Source of the DNA: a virus
Virus record (IMG/VR): IMGVR_UViG_3300020469_000010
Strand: one strand, 5' to 3'
Length of the DNA stretch: 64,000 nucleotides
Shown here: piece by piece, positions 27,201 to 36,900 of the stretch
How the letters are laid out: each line of letters opens with the position of its first letter
How positions within the stretch are numbered: position 1 is the first letter of the stretch
Notes under the pieces: model-generated
Databases searched by the model: none
Told to the model about the DNA's origin: nothing
What the model saw: the letters and a program-made list of their open reading frames with translations, nothing else
Program-made: the position numbers and the translations under genes

Positions 27201-28193
27201 ACTTTCTTTGACAATTCTCTAGAAAATCAAACTACACAAAGACTTGGTGTAATTGAAATAATCTCTCAAGAGGTTACTGAACCTGGTTTTGCTTCTGCTA
27301 GAGTTTCTTCTGCTGGTATCATTACCGAATTTAGTATTACAAATCCTGGAGCAGGTTATACATCAGATCCACAAATTTCTATTGGTTCTCCAGGAACTGG
27401 AAATACCACAGCTATTGCATCATGCTCAGTCACTAGTGGTATTATTACAAGTATAACCGTAACAAATTCAGGAACTGGTTACACAAATACAAACCCACCA
27501 CAAGTTCTTATTGAACCACCAGTCGTAGAAAAAGAGTTGATTGAAAAAGTTACATACGAAGGTGACTTTGGATCAATAGTTTCTATATCCAATACTTCAG
27601 TTGGAGTTGGAACAACAGCACTTCTACTATCGTTGTATATTCCCTTTGATTCTTTCCTAAGAAATCCAGTTGTAAATAGTGGTTTTGCAACAGGTGGATG
27701 GAGTGGAATTCAAACTGGACATTACTTTACTTGCAGTAATTCAAATACTGTTGGAACCTATGTTACAGCACTCAACCATTATGGAGAAACTTTAAGTATA
27801 TCCACTTCAAGAATGAATGTCATTTTCCAGGCAGCAGATATTGAAAGAAAATATCAAGATATTGTTGGTATTGGATCAACTCAGGTTCTTGAGGTAACAG
27901 TTTATGTAGAAGATGAAATAGACTTGGGTGATGCTTTAGCATCTTTCGATAGTTCTTCACTTACTTTTGATGATGTACGCACCAATAGTTTTGATCAAAC
28001 AATATTTGATAAGACTAATTATTACGGTGATTTCTCTTGGGGCAAGGTAACTTGGGATCCTTTAAGAAGTAGAAGAAATGCAACTCCTTTCACTGCTTAC
28101 CATTTGTCAGGATACGCTGGAATATCTACATCACCTGTTGTTAAGAGAGTTCATCCTTTAAGAACTAAACTATATACAAAGTATCAAGATTGA
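15219..28193 (+). CDS. gp7: Giant baseplate wedge initiator gp7-like protein (4324 aa)
   Basis: QIPDFV...FYKAKGS..SF.ILF N-terminus; YYQYFSYSLKS...VHPVG motif; position between gp6 and gp8. Confidence 0.85.
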   Translation: MSNQTRIKISQVLEAQIPDFVNDEFPLFKEFLTQYFESLESDGGAYNLLQNIDKYIDLDTQLLTPESTESLENFFIGDDTLVVESTEGFPTSYGLLKIGDEIVTYKSKTETEFLDCVRGFSGVSDYDSSLVFSKTGPQNHYRGVVTNLSSVLLKEFFRKLKSQIAPGFEDIDLDQSVDKRLFYKQTRDFYKAKGSDKSFEILFGALYGTKVEVIRPSDYVFEPSASGTRRTLDIVLSTFDDSIDYTDIILNRTLLQKNRDSTSNADTVSAFASITHVERFFKGNKFYYLVSLDNDTSRDISSSGTVFGKFQTTQTTRLTESHTQNLDGTFNDYLFVDSTVAFEENDILDVYLDTGILEIDYNGKSINEFYSVNDANFTIPRGTLVSTKKYAYVELEEDNVYFRVTNVISDITFPEGGNFKEGDVIKYDSLGLQNKSTKLDNWRFNTAPKYNIESISVLSEAEQKYQIKFAETFNLQLNDIFFLITSSEETYNVSVSSREGETSYVITSETAIPDFNATGRTSLSLKTYPKKFFIERKLNKAKFRFFPEASSFLSDVQNTYKSRTLQDNCFVMSSSLPNYSNEILPTNLKKVIFTINVADDAVNDTVNVGQDASPTQSEITHPFYTGDAIVYLEPLEDEETGEVNTNRLNIDNGKYYVTVLNSKNIKLSRSLSDLYNKIYVNITGNVTDNTFFYVDYFDIQKILDEDNPFKLSSKRCVKLLTEPIDDTFREETVPGKTGMLNNGVEILNYKSKTNLSYGPITKINVSNSGNGDYDVINPPLLSIFDGNNADGVNNGGIGATGHFNLFGSVRDILVVSGGFNYETKPLIRVYGGNGTLCNVEPIMETYRHNVRIESEDGEMVGISSNLLTADEDHFFKTGEPVIYRSIGDEPIVGLEDLQTYFISVVDDRSFRLHSSGEDAVAFENPVNITDFGVGYSIVESVNDRQKLARITIIKSSEDFSNRKVLFNAEKSPNSVDFYENTINIKNHGFQSGELITYESTDTPITGLTSAAYYYVTKIDDDSFKLSESDVVDGVDGLLEYGGKLFYESDEFVNLFAFDEGLDESGIGVGDHIFRYPDIQVAIQESEDTISIPPTVIPVVRGFIDDVFLTDAGVGYGATNIFNYKRLPVITAEPGKLASIKPYIVDGEIKQIIIQNAGQGYVSQPYIGIDSEEGFGADLIPIIKDGRLDSVVVKSGGFNYTDDTILTVNPAGKGAKFESEIFSWVVNEVSRSFASNQIYSDDGFIYQDSLVSELDAEDYGILQYTVTYIPRKFRETIYNESTVDGRKIFNPDLIKDSLGRETESKNHSPLIGWAYDGNPIYGPYGFASADGTGGVKRMISGYKKRSLANRPSLLIYPLGFFCNDYEWTTDGDLDESNGRFCITPDYPNGVYAYFATIGENLVDYDNFKEPVFPYFIGNSFKSPPIEFNFEPDINQESFTSPSNILEEKLSDSDFLRNVRPYNLSSSNGSYEYLFQPSQLSPLQSIIDNTAVGKLNDLNILSGGKDYKVGDRIVFSANDSERRPLAEVTGIANTEVTNISVATSAISNVEFLQNYGSKDAVTYIGFTTSPHNMTSGLAKIYDSVRNVEFVSDIKVKPSELSLGIGIGTTGQTGIVTYISIFGSKLSKMSNFRENDIYTIESDGYREEIKILNIEEDLNRIRVERNANGTIGTSYSKGQRLFENPRKFLVPAVDDANLESSEINEEYYFNPIESVGVGIGTTVAIENPGTGSTSRFIARNRIYIGSHDIQVNDEIRYDFDESPISVSTGSDQFTLERDREYFAFPFNNNVIGLSTNRIGVGSTGSAVGFGTTTAAALLTFTDFGSGVNHSLRTRKPEVLTGEVIRYESTITSKNNHNLKVTDRISVDCRPTTDKIVDIVYNQTHRKFSAGTLAFDAVGINTIANTITIPNHNLKNEQVVIFSSNEVAQELEFDALYVVVVLDSNTIQLIDKERVFTRLQDLGDLKALAVDLLEQKPGKLLPINPPLLLQKNQTLIFDVSNASLSYSRNNILYPAFAVEFYTDIELKNKFVSSKQPNKFNVISTGVIGVDDNATVRLVYDDDLPETLYYNLVPLKNNQIPADFSLIKLDNDIITEISIEDSSFSGNYDVKSTTDKTFSYFLPDYTHDENSFTSSNAIISYLSSSDQVSGPIGRVRYISDGNNITQIPQIEEIVTESGVGAILQATSKVIGNIKNINISDIGFDFPTDFTLAPRAHTPTLVKVEELVSIVSIGVTFPGKNYTSLPDLKIVDGISEKVVDDIVLDYVFDNRFKVRILKNTGNINNVKPSIIPFNNTNGYKIRTLTYDPSTKDATIVLDTVGFSTLSAWPFAVGEKFLLEGVNTLDDSLVAGTGDLGYNNENYEFKLYEVKTSDPNIGGQVPGFTFNMEEFVGDGDPGIFDDEFTTARVVPQQFFPQFQVEVEQNVFFDNEDITNGSNVDKSLGFDSNTSILRISTNRPEEYKVGQLITGKSSRSQANITEIVGVTTFTYNIKPRSKNNKKGFLKKGFLNEDSQRLHDSDYYQYFSYSLKSNVGISSWNDPVESMVHPVGMKKFSDLQVVSEPTNSEMIEDQNDGALTGISHINSILDLNCYTDIDLVTENNVNNVYSDEIRFNSLILQDFFKSVGNRVLLVDDFSDEFNSNPRATSFSTIDSFSLNAFRFKKYFLLTTDTKFPGERQVIIVNMLHNNIYGFVSQYGRVETDEIHGYFDIGVFENNGLLLFYPLEPRFDDYAVTGFKYAISPGSVGISTQYIGDIASVGVQTASIPSGTTSAYKIVGIESSYSSSKVMVVLESTDLQYYQSDEINIVHDGTNIIQTEFSTLATDTLDEDVSDGIGTYRFGYNGNEIEMDFVPNSGLTTAYNVNATVVSISNTSRVATGTSTYQTTLTSVGLGTTSAGTATTSIQVMEIDSQYRGFNVYASIEDMTNNDVQFSELTIVHDNTDVSLSEFGRVVTDDNLFDTGIGTFTAFVDPVSKKTQIHFEAIGGIPNKQIEVRLLVNSLSAVDLGISTVRLGFQGGEFSTMHGGYTGSQNDIKRSFELKHKGDLIFERTFNSEALGTVVSVESNVLNLSNHFFVSGEEVTYTFPAGGQPIGIATTTLVGVGTTTHLPPTLFVIKQDSGSISFTDTAENALRFNPNITINITSAGIGTQHQITSTNKDAKGVFTIDNMMQSPIQRSDIITTLVEDISLEQTLINTAGITSIFSGDILKINDEFMLAETVGVGTQEKLRVRRPWLGSVLGVHTTGDTIIKMYGDYTISGSTINFTSPPFGKVPITVDVNQFGIPFVDPNDRDFTGITTNSSFQGRTFMRSGSIDTNAETYSRNYIFDDISTRFTGIRSEFPLTVDGANITGISTDNAIILVNDIFQQSSRSGIKPVVGNYTLAENSGETTITFNPQTLEPGEDINTTDLPIGGVIVSVGSTNGLGYQPCVPAGGTANVSGLGTISSVSIGNSGSGYRPGIQTHIGVKAVTSSSVDIIGSATALNGHITEVSISNDKVFYAPRDISDVIYSNTTGLTTVTTSTAHELLIGQEVLLSGIAMTCDYSGAGPVNITNVIYDNISGIMTVTTSGAHNLQTTGQRSDVIFTGIAMTCDLDGGASTHIYPRTTDPFYCGSRVTTVNSSTEFETNVGVSTVPTFYQSGGVVQPVIIAPRVSNNSASRIDPAADGTRITRIINSTSFEVNTGISTREHFYARCGEVNTPIEIVIDGPIGYTNIPLIYSDSSVQGIGTKASIDMFVSRDTSIAEFDFNNDGFAYGQGEKLTIAIGGTTGIPTTGSSFKEFAIDIERTHSDEFSAWSVGQFQQLDPFDSKFNGKRTVFPISFNGDRISIRAGAGSNIDVSSTIFIFINDILQVPGQSYQFRGGGLVVFDEPIPKDYTSRILFYKGTKDIDVVEVDIDEPVEPGDTLTINSENISLKEDTRTVEEILASDIVLTNPYRGRGRTNDESLERPVMLCKQTEDTFIYGFEETKDRESLEPNITPKTNIIQSVGIGTTTNFAWVESVKTFFDNSLENQTTQRLGVIEIISQEVTEPGFASARVSSAGIITEFSITNPGAGYTSDPQISIGSPGTGNTTAIASCSVTSGIITSITVTNSGTGYTNTNPPQVLIEPPVVEKELIEKVTYEGDFGSIVSISNTSVGVGTTALLLSLYIPFDSFLRNPVVNSGFATGGWSGIQTGHYFTCSNSNTVGTYVTALNHYGETLSISTSRMNVIFQAADIERKYQDIVGIGSTQVLEVTVYVEDEIDLGDALASFDSSSLTFDDVRTNSFDQTIFDKTNYYGDFSWGKVTWDPLRSRRNATPFTAYHLSGYAGISTSPVVKRVHPLRTKLYTKYQD

Positions 28194-28209
28194 TTTTTAT
28201 TATTATCTT

Positions 28210-28794
28210 ATGAAATTCAAATTTCCAGTTATTGTAATTCATAATTTTATGAATTTTGATGAAGAAGATCGTTTACTTATGCAAGCAGATGCGCTTCATG
28301 CTAGAAGTGAAGGACTTAAAGAAGCAGAAGATGCATTTACAAGTAATAATGTAGTTCCTCGTGATTTGTCTGGCGGTTATTCTGAATTATATTCTAGATT
28401 TTTAGAAAAATCTGAAGAAATTTTTGGAGAATTAGATTTAGCTACAGAAAATTCAACATATTGTCATGCTTTATGCCAAAATTGTGAATTTTGGGACTTT
28501 AATCCACATATTCATGACAATTGTGATATAAATTCGGTATATTATTTAAAAATGCCGAGAGAATATGGGTCAATAATGGTTACTGATGACATCCAGAGTG
28601 GAATATGGGAAGAAATTAGACCGGTACAAGATGATTTAATTATATTTCCTGGAGATTTATGGCATGATCCATTATTTACATCTACTGTTGATTGGAGAAT
28701 TTCTGTAAATATGGAGATTTTATGTCACAATGTACCTACATGGGAAGAGTATCATGAATATGCCGAAAATGAGCGCATAATCTCACATAAATAA
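28210..28794 (+). CDS. Putative 2OG-Fe(II) oxygenase (HxH type)
   Basis: PHIH...SVYYL...DLIIFPG.LWH...RISVN. Confidence 0.75.
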   Translation: MKFKFPVIVIHNFMNFDEEDRLLMQADALHARSEGLKEAEDAFTSNNVVPRDLSGGYSELYSRFLEKSEEIFGELDLATENSTYCHALCQNCEFWDFNPHIHDNCDINSVYYLKMPREYGSIMVTDDIQSGIWEEIRPVQDDLIIFPGDLWHDPLFTSTVDWRISVNMEILCHNVPTWEEYHEYAENERIISHK

Positions 28795-28815
28795 GTCACA
28801 AACTATCTTATTATA

Positions 28816-29307
28816 ATGTCATTTCAAGGAATATCTACTGGAACATCCATTAATGATGGAACTGGAGACAGTCTTTCAGCAGGTGCAACAAAAGTAAATG
28901 CTAATTTTCAAGAAATTTATGATGCTCTTGGAAATGGTACAGATTTATTAACAGGTAATCCAAATATTACTGTAGGATTTGTAACATCTACAGGAGCATC
29001 TTTTAGTGGTGATGTATCAATTGGGGGAACATTAACATATGAAGATGTAAATAATGTAGATTCTGTTGGTGTAGTTACTGCTAGAAACGGAATCGTAATT
29101 TCTGCTGGTGGAATTGATGTAACTGGAAATTCATCTTACAGTGATTATCTCAATGTCAACTCTGGATTGCAAATTACTGGTGTTACTACAACAACATCAG
29201 GAATCAGTACTGGAATTGGTACGCACAGAGTTAACTTGAATGTTGTCAATTCTACAGTTGTCATTGAAGTTCCTGGTGTAGGAATAACTACACTCACATT
29301 AACCTAA
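28816..29307 (+). CDS. Baseplate/fibre connector-like structural protein (gp9/gp10-type N-terminus)
   Basis: GTSINDGTGDSL..GA.KVNANF.EIY; GGTLTYEDV. Confidence 0.7.
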   Translation: MSFQGISTGTSINDGTGDSLSAGATKVNANFQEIYDALGNGTDLLTGNPNITVGFVTSTGASFSGDVSIGGTLTYEDVNNVDSVGVVTARNGIVISAGGIDVTGNSSYSDYLNVNSGLQITGVTTTTSGISTGIGTHRVNLNVVNSTVVIEVPGVGITTLTLT

Positions 29308-29331
29308 TAAATAACTAGAAAATAAACGATC

Positions 29332-30900
29332 ATGTCTGCAATTGTAACAGATCAACTACGGATTATAAATGCCAGAAAATTTATAGAAGAAGTTACTTTT
29401 AGTAGCAATGCTTATTATAGTTTTGTAGCTTTAACAAATCCGGAAGATTATCAATCTGATTGGGATGAAAATCCACCAGCACCCAAAGATTGTTTAAATG
29501 AAGAATATCACAATTGGGACACTGTTATTGGTCTCAAAAGGATTCTCGGTAGTGACATTAGATTTGCCGTTAAGAAGGTAAATTGGGCTTCCGGTATTAC
29601 ATACGACATGTATCGTCATGATATCAATAGAAATAATTTATCACAACCTTCAGAAGCAACTAATTTATATTCTGCAAATTATTTTGTCGTAAACTCAGAT
29701 TTTAAAGTCTATGTTTGTTTAAATAATGGAACTAGTCCAGAAAATCCAAATGGAAGACCATCTTTGGATGAACCTAAATTTGTTGATCTAGAACCAAGGG
29801 TTGCTGGAGCTAGTAATGATGGATATGTTTGGAAATACTTATTTACCATAAATCCCAATGAAATTGTAAAATTTGATACATTAAAATATTTTACTATTCC
29901 TACTGATTGGGAAACTGCTGATGAATATGCCTCTGTTAGATTGAATTCTGTTAGTAGTGGTCAATTAAAAGTAGTTCTTATAGAAAATAGAGGTGTTGAT
30001 GTTGGACCAGCAAATCAAATATACACTTGCGATATTATTGGAGACGGTCAAGATGCAACTGCTACGATTGTTGTAGATAATCAATCAAAAGTTGAATCAA
30101 TTACTATTTCTGATGGTGGAACTGGATATACCTACGGACGAGTTGATTTAACTAGTGGAGGATTCCCAACATCATCCACTACAGAACCAGAATTTAAAAT
30201 TATTATTCCACCGAAGGGAGGACATGGAAGCAATATTTACAAGGAACTTGGGTGTACTAGAGTTTTAATTTACTCACAAATTAAAAATGATATACAAAAC
30301 CCAGATTTTATCGTTGGAAATAAAATTTCTAGAATAGGAATAATTGCAAACCCACTTTCATTTAATTCTGATCAATTATTGAATAGAGGTGTGGCTAGTG
30401 CATTACATGCAATTAGGGTTATTGGTATTAACAATGATGATGATTTTAGAAATGCAGTATTTAGTGCAAATTCCACAATAACCCAAACAGTTGGAACAGG
30501 ACTTACTTCTATTGGAAGAGTTGTTTCATATGATAAAAATACTGGTGTTCTAAAATATTGGCAAGATAGAACTAATTATGGATTTAACTATAATTTACAA
30601 CAAACAGCAGTAGATGGAACTTTTGGTAATCAAAAAATTCAATTTAGCTCAGATATATTAGATGGTGGATCTTTAGAAATTTTTGGATCAAATCAATCTT
30701 TACAAATTGATAATACTTTTGATGGTGATTTATTAGTCATAAATAATGAAAACTATTATCTTGGACAAACTTTTGAAAATGGACTTGCTGATCCTGAAGT
30801 GAAAAAATATTCTGGAGATTTGATTTATGTAGATAATCGATCTCCAATAACTAGATCAGCAAATCAAAGAGAAGATATCAAAATCGTATTGCAGTTTTAA
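29332..30900 (+). CDS. gp8: Baseplate wedge subunit gp8
   Basis: MSAIVTDQLRI; VYVCLNN; DGYVWKYLFTI; YVDNR...QREDIKIVLQF. Confidence 0.9.
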   Translation: MSAIVTDQLRIINARKFIEEVTFSSNAYYSFVALTNPEDYQSDWDENPPAPKDCLNEEYHNWDTVIGLKRILGSDIRFAVKKVNWASGITYDMYRHDINRNNLSQPSEATNLYSANYFVVNSDFKVYVCLNNGTSPENPNGRPSLDEPKFVDLEPRVAGASNDGYVWKYLFTINPNEIVKFDTLKYFTIPTDWETADEYASVRLNSVSSGQLKVVLIENRGVDVGPANQIYTCDIIGDGQDATATIVVDNQSKVESITISDGGTGYTYGRVDLTSGGFPTSSTTEPEFKIIIPPKGGHGSNIYKELGCTRVLIYSQIKNDIQNPDFIVGNKISRIGIIANPLSFNSDQLLNRGVASALHAIRVIGINNDDDFRNAVFSANSTITQTVGTGLTSIGRVVSYDKNTGVLKYWQDRTNYGFNYNLQQTAVDGTFGNQKIQFSSDILDGGSLEIFGSNQSLQIDNTFDGDLLVINNENYYLGQTFENGLADPEVKKYSGDLIYVDNRSPITRSANQREDIKIVLQF

Positions 30901-30906
30901 GGAATT

Positions 30907-33900
30907 ATGCCACAACTAACGAATCTAAACACCTTTCCATATTTTGATGATTTTGATAAAAAATCTAATTATCATAAGGTTCTCTTTAAACCTGGTCAAC
31001 CGGTTCAAGCTAGAGAACTTACGACAATGCAGTCTATACTGCAGAATCAAATTGAGCAGTTTGGCAACCATGTATTTAAAGATGGTTCAGTAGTAATTCC
31101 AGGTACGCTTTCTGTTAGATCTAAGCAATATAATATTGAACTTGAGAGAACTTTTGCTGGAATTGATGTATTTCAATATACAGATGCATTAACAGGTGTA
31201 GAGATTGTTGGATCTGAAAGTGGTGTTAGGGGAAGAGTAGAAGTTGTAGATGGAAATAGGTTATTTGTCGATATATTAACTTCTGGAAATGAATCGGAAT
31301 TTTCCGAATTTATTGTTGGAGAATCAATTACAACTACAGACACTGTAAATATAACCGAATCAAATATATCAAGTTTTCCTGAAGGAGCTGAAATTGGTGT
31401 AATTGGAAATGTTTTCAGAGGATGTATTGCAAAGTTAACTAGTGGTGTATTTTTCCTACGAGGATATTTTGTAGAAGTTGAAGATTCAACAGTAGTTATT
31501 AGTTCGGAAGAACCAAATCCAACTTGTTCTATAGGATTTTTAATTAATGAATTACTTACTGATTCATTTGATGACGAGTCTTTATATGACAATTCGCAGG
31601 GATTTATTAATTATGCTGCGCCAGGTGCAGATAGACTTCAAATTGAAGTAACACTAGTTACATCATATAGAGGTGAATTTGATGATGAATTTCCACAAAA
31701 TTATGTAGAAATTGCAAAAGTTACTAATGGTACAATATCTTCATCTAAAATTGAAAATCCATCATATAATATTCTTGGTGATGAATTAGCAAGAAGAACA
31801 TTTGATGAAAGTGGTCACTATTATGTAAAACCCTTTACTCTTGATGTAAGAGAATCTTTGAGAGATTTTAAGGGAAATAATGGAATATTTAATGATAGTG
31901 AACTTACCCTATTTGGACAAATTCCTAGAGATGATATTGGTATCTATGATGTTTCTCCAGGAAAGGCATATATTTTTGGATATGAAGTTGACATGTCCTC
32001 AAATTCATTATTGGACTTTTCGAAACCAAGAGAAACAAAACAGTTTGAAGATCAAGCAATAACATATGTAACTGGTCCTACATTATCTCTCAATAGGTCT
32101 TTTGGTGCGCCAGAAGTCGGTGTTTCCACCACATATACACTTTCACTTAGAGATGAGAGAGTAGGTGCTACACAAACAAATGCTCCAGGAAAAGAAATTG
32201 GACTGGCTAGAGTGTATGATTATGCTCTAGAATCAGGATCTTACGAAACTTCAAATCTTGATGCAAACATTTGGGATTTAGCACTATTTGATGTAGTTCC
32301 ATTTACAGATATTGTTGTAAACGAAAGTATTGAATCTGTACAGACTCCAACATTTATCGAAGGTAAAGCAAGTGGTGCTGTAGGATTCTTGAGATATGAT
32401 GTTTCAAATTCTGGAATTATAACTGCGTATAATGTTAGAGGAAACTTTATAAAAGGTGAAGAATTAGTTTTTGATGGAAATGATTCTGATAGAATTACTA
32501 TCGCATCTACAACTTATGGAATATCAAATGTAAAATCCATATTTGGTCAGTCTGGTAGTGGAACATTCTCTGCTGATGTAAGACAATCACCAGAAATTGC
32601 TCTTGGACCTTGTAAGATTGATGGATCAGGAGTAGTAACTCAAGCAGGTAGAGATTTTACAAAAGATTTTATAGTAAATGATCTTGTTTCTTACAGGACT
32701 CCTGGAGGTGCTAGACCAACGGTTAACAGGGTAAGTGCCGTAACGGTAGATGATATTACTTTAGCAGCAGTAGAGAATGTGACAGGTGTCTCTCTAGGTG
32801 CAGTAGCTTCCAATACCGATTCAATTGATATCTTTAAAATTTCAACAAAGATTGCAAATACCAATACTGGAGATGATAACTATCTGTTCACTAGATTACC
32901 TAAGAAGGTAGTTTCAACTGTTGACACCTCTAATAGTGAACTTTCTTTCCGTAAGAGATTTGATACTACAGTTACTCCAGATGCTACTGGTGGAAGAATT
33001 ACAATTCTTCCTTCACAACTGGGATCTACTGAGACATTCTTACCATTTGACGAAGAAAGATATATTGTAATTAATACTAATGGTCAAACTGAAGCACTAA
33101 CACAAGATAAGTTTACTATTACTAGTGGAAATAAGGAATTAATCATAAGAGGTTTATCTGTAACAGGATCTGCAGTACTAATTGCCACATTAAAGACTAA
33201 TGATGTAGAACCTATTACTAAACTTAGAAATAGATTAGAAGCAATTACAGTATCAAAATCTAAACTGCCAGGTTCAGGTATTGGAGCAACAACTTTAAAT
33301 GATGGACTAGAATATGGTAATTATCCATATGGAACTAGAGTTCAAGATAAAGATATTTGTCTGCTTCAACCAGATGTAATGAAACTTCATGGTGTTTTTG
33401 AATCATCTACTGAAGGTGAAGCTGAAATCCCAAATCTAATTCTTAGAGATATTGACAGTTTTAATGGAAGTGCTGAAGATATACTAATAGGTGAAGAGAT
33501 TATTGGTTCTGAGTCTGGATGTGTTGCAATAATTTCAGATGTTATAGACAGTGCAAATGTTGAATTTATTGTAATTAATGATAAAGAATTTATTTTTGAT
33601 GAGAAAATAAATTGCCAAGAAACTGAGATTACTGCGACTATTGATGCAATTACACCCGGTGATAATAATATCACTAACCAATTTACTTTGGTTAGAGGAA
33701 CTAATAATACAATTTATGATTATTCTAGAATTGTAAGAGATTCTTCTTCTGCTGAACCAATCAAGAGTCTTAGAATTTTCTACGAGTATGCAAGTCTAGA
33801 TTCTAATGAGAGTGGATGCTATATGAGTGTTGACTCATATTTCCAGTTTGACTACAAGGATATTGGAAATACAAATGGAATTAGACACTCAGATATTATT

Positions 33901-36900
33901 GATATTAGACCAAGAGTTGATCAATATATTGTAGAGGAAAATAAGAGATCTCCATTTGAATTCTTAGGTAGAGATTTCTTTAACGATCAAAACGATAATT
34001 TAAAAATTCTAGCTTCTGATGAATCCTTAACTTTCGATTATCAAATTTACTTACCAAGAATTGATAAAATTTATCTAAACAAAGATAAAATTTTCCAATT
34101 AAGTCGTGGTGTTTCTGCAGAAAATCCAGAAGAACCATCTCTAATTGAAGATGCAATTGAAGTTGCTCGTATAGTTTTACCAGCATATCTCTTTAATACT
34201 TCAGATGCAAAGTTAAGTCTCTCAACTTACAAACGATATCAAATGAGAGATATTGCTGGATTGGAAGATAGAATTAAAAATCTTGAGTATTATACTTCAC
34301 TATCTTTACTTGAGCAAAGTACTGCTAACTTAGAAATTAAAGATTCTGCAGGCACCGATAGATTTAAATCTGGTTTCTTTGTAGATAATTTTACAACAAC
34401 TACAAATCAAATAAAACTTGGTGCTAAGAACAGTATTGATCCTAGAACTAAAGAATTAAGACCAGCAGCATACACCACACAACTAGATTTACTTTTAGGT
34501 TCAACAGAACTAACTGGTGTTGGTGGAGAAAAAAATCTAAATGCAGATCCAAGATATGTAACTGATTTAATTGGTGAAGATATTAGAAGAAGCACCGTTG
34601 ATCCCAATGGAAATGCTGGTTCTGATGGTATGGGAATCATAACTCTAGATTATGAAGAAATTGAATTAATTTCTCAAGATACTGCTACAAGAGTAGTAAA
34701 CGCAGCACCATATTTTGTAACTTTCTATAAAGGAACTATTACTCTCAATCCATCATCAGATATTTGGGTTGAACAATCTAGAGTTGAAACACAAACTGTT
34801 GAAGGTTTGATTGGTGGTTATTCTGTCACTAATATTGAAGCAAAACCCTCAGACTTGGATCCTCAGGCAGGATGGTCTCCAATTCTATGGGGTGGATGGA
34901 ATGAAGAGTGGACTGGTAAGAAAGTTACTAATAACTCAGTTAGAGATAAAGCTTCATCTATAGATGATGGAGTTAAAGTAACTGCATCTACCACAATAGT
35001 TTCACAGACAACTACTAATACAGGAACAGCAACTCAGCAAGGTTTATCAACACAGATAGAAACTGTTCCAGGAAATAATATTAATCTTGGTGATAAAATT
35101 ATTGCAAGTAATGTTTCTTCATTCCTAAGGTCTAGAAATATTGAAGTTCTTGCTAGAAGATTAAAACCACTTACAAGAATGTACGCATTCTTCTCTGGAA
35201 TAAATGTAACAAATTACTGTATTCCAAAATTAATTGAAATTGAAATGATCGGTGGAACCTTTAGAGTTGGAGAAACCGTTGAGAGTACAACAAGAACTCC
35301 AGGAATTATTGAAGATAAACCATATATTAAATTCAGAGTAGCACAACCTAGACATAGAAATGGTGCATACAATGACCCGATTGATGGATATGGAACAAGT
35401 CCATATAATGGAGCAGATTTACCTGAAGATTATTCCGTAAGTTCAAAGTTATTGAATGTAGACTTGACTTCTCTTTGTTTACAAGCACAAGGAGATTTTT
35501 ATGGATATATTAGTCCAGGAATGACTCTGGTTGGAAAATCTAGTGGAGCTAGAGCAAGAATTTCTAATGTCAGACTAGTATCAGATAATACTGGATCTCT
35601 ATTCGCATCATTCTATATTCCAAATTCTAATTCTAAAACTGCTCCTAGATTTAAATCTGGAAATAATACCTTAAAAATTCAAGATAATGCCAACTTGAAT
35701 GCAATTTCGGGTACTTTAAATTCTGCAACAGAAGGAACATATTTCTCACAAGGAACAATTGAGCAGGTTCAAGGATCTATCATTTCTACAAGAAATGTCG
35801 AAGTTACTAATGCATATACAACACAATCTCAAGCAATTTTTGATGAACAAACAACAATTACTGGTGTTGATGTAGATCTTACTGTATCGGTAACTCCACA
35901 ACCAATTCCAAGACCAATCCCGCAACCGAAACCACAACCCAAACCACAACCAACACCTAAACCACAACCACAACCTAGACCCAGACCAACACCAAAACCA
36001 AAACCACAACCTAAAGCACTTCCACCAGTACCTAATCCAAAACCAGAGCCAAGACCGCAACCTTTGGCTCCACAACCAAAACCAGCTATACCACCAAAGG
36101 TACAACCAAAACCAAGACCACAACCTAAAGCATCTAAGCCACCAAAACCAAGACCAAAACCTAAAGCAACATTCAAACCACCCAAGTCTCGGCAGAAGGA
36201 TGATTCCAATCCAAGGCCGTTGCCACCAAAAGCAAAGCCAGTAAAGCCAGTACCAAATCCAAAACCAAAGGCTGTAGCTAATCCACCTAAGCCAAAACCA
36301 AAACCGCACGCTACTCCAAAACCACAACCCAAACCCAATCCCAATCCAAAGCCCAATCCACCACCACCGGTGGTAGCACCAAAGAAACCACCAACAAATC
36401 CCAAGCCAAAGCCCAAGAAACCAAAACCAATCCCCATTCCAAAGCCCAAGCCTAAGAATCCCAAGCCAAAGCCCAAAAAACCAAAACCAATCCCCATTCC
36501 AAAGCCCAGACCGGTAGGTGATAGGCCAGGTGATGAGCCAACACCAAGACCACCGGCATTTGTTGAACCACCAGAGGATTATGATGATCCTCTAGCGCAA
36601 TCCTTCTTTGTTGGAGGAGAAAATTATAAAACTGGAGTATTTGTTACTTCCGCAAGTCTCTACTTTAAGACTACATCGGATGCAGAATCCTGTTTTGTCC
36701 AACTAAGACCAATGGTAAATGGATTACCTTCACATAAAGCGTATCCAATGTCCAATGTCGTTCTTCAAGGTGCTGATGTTGTAATTTCAGAGGATGCTTC
36801 TGTCCCAACAATTGTTACATTCCCATCACCAATTTATTTGGAAGGAAACAAAGAACATTGTATTGTAGTTGGATCTAGATCTACTGCTTTCAATCTATGG

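Noticed and set aside
35746-36497. Gly-rich (222 aa) and Trp-rich (193 aa) minus-strand ORFs
   Set aside because: Antisense shadows of the Pro/Lys tract, which lacks stop complements.
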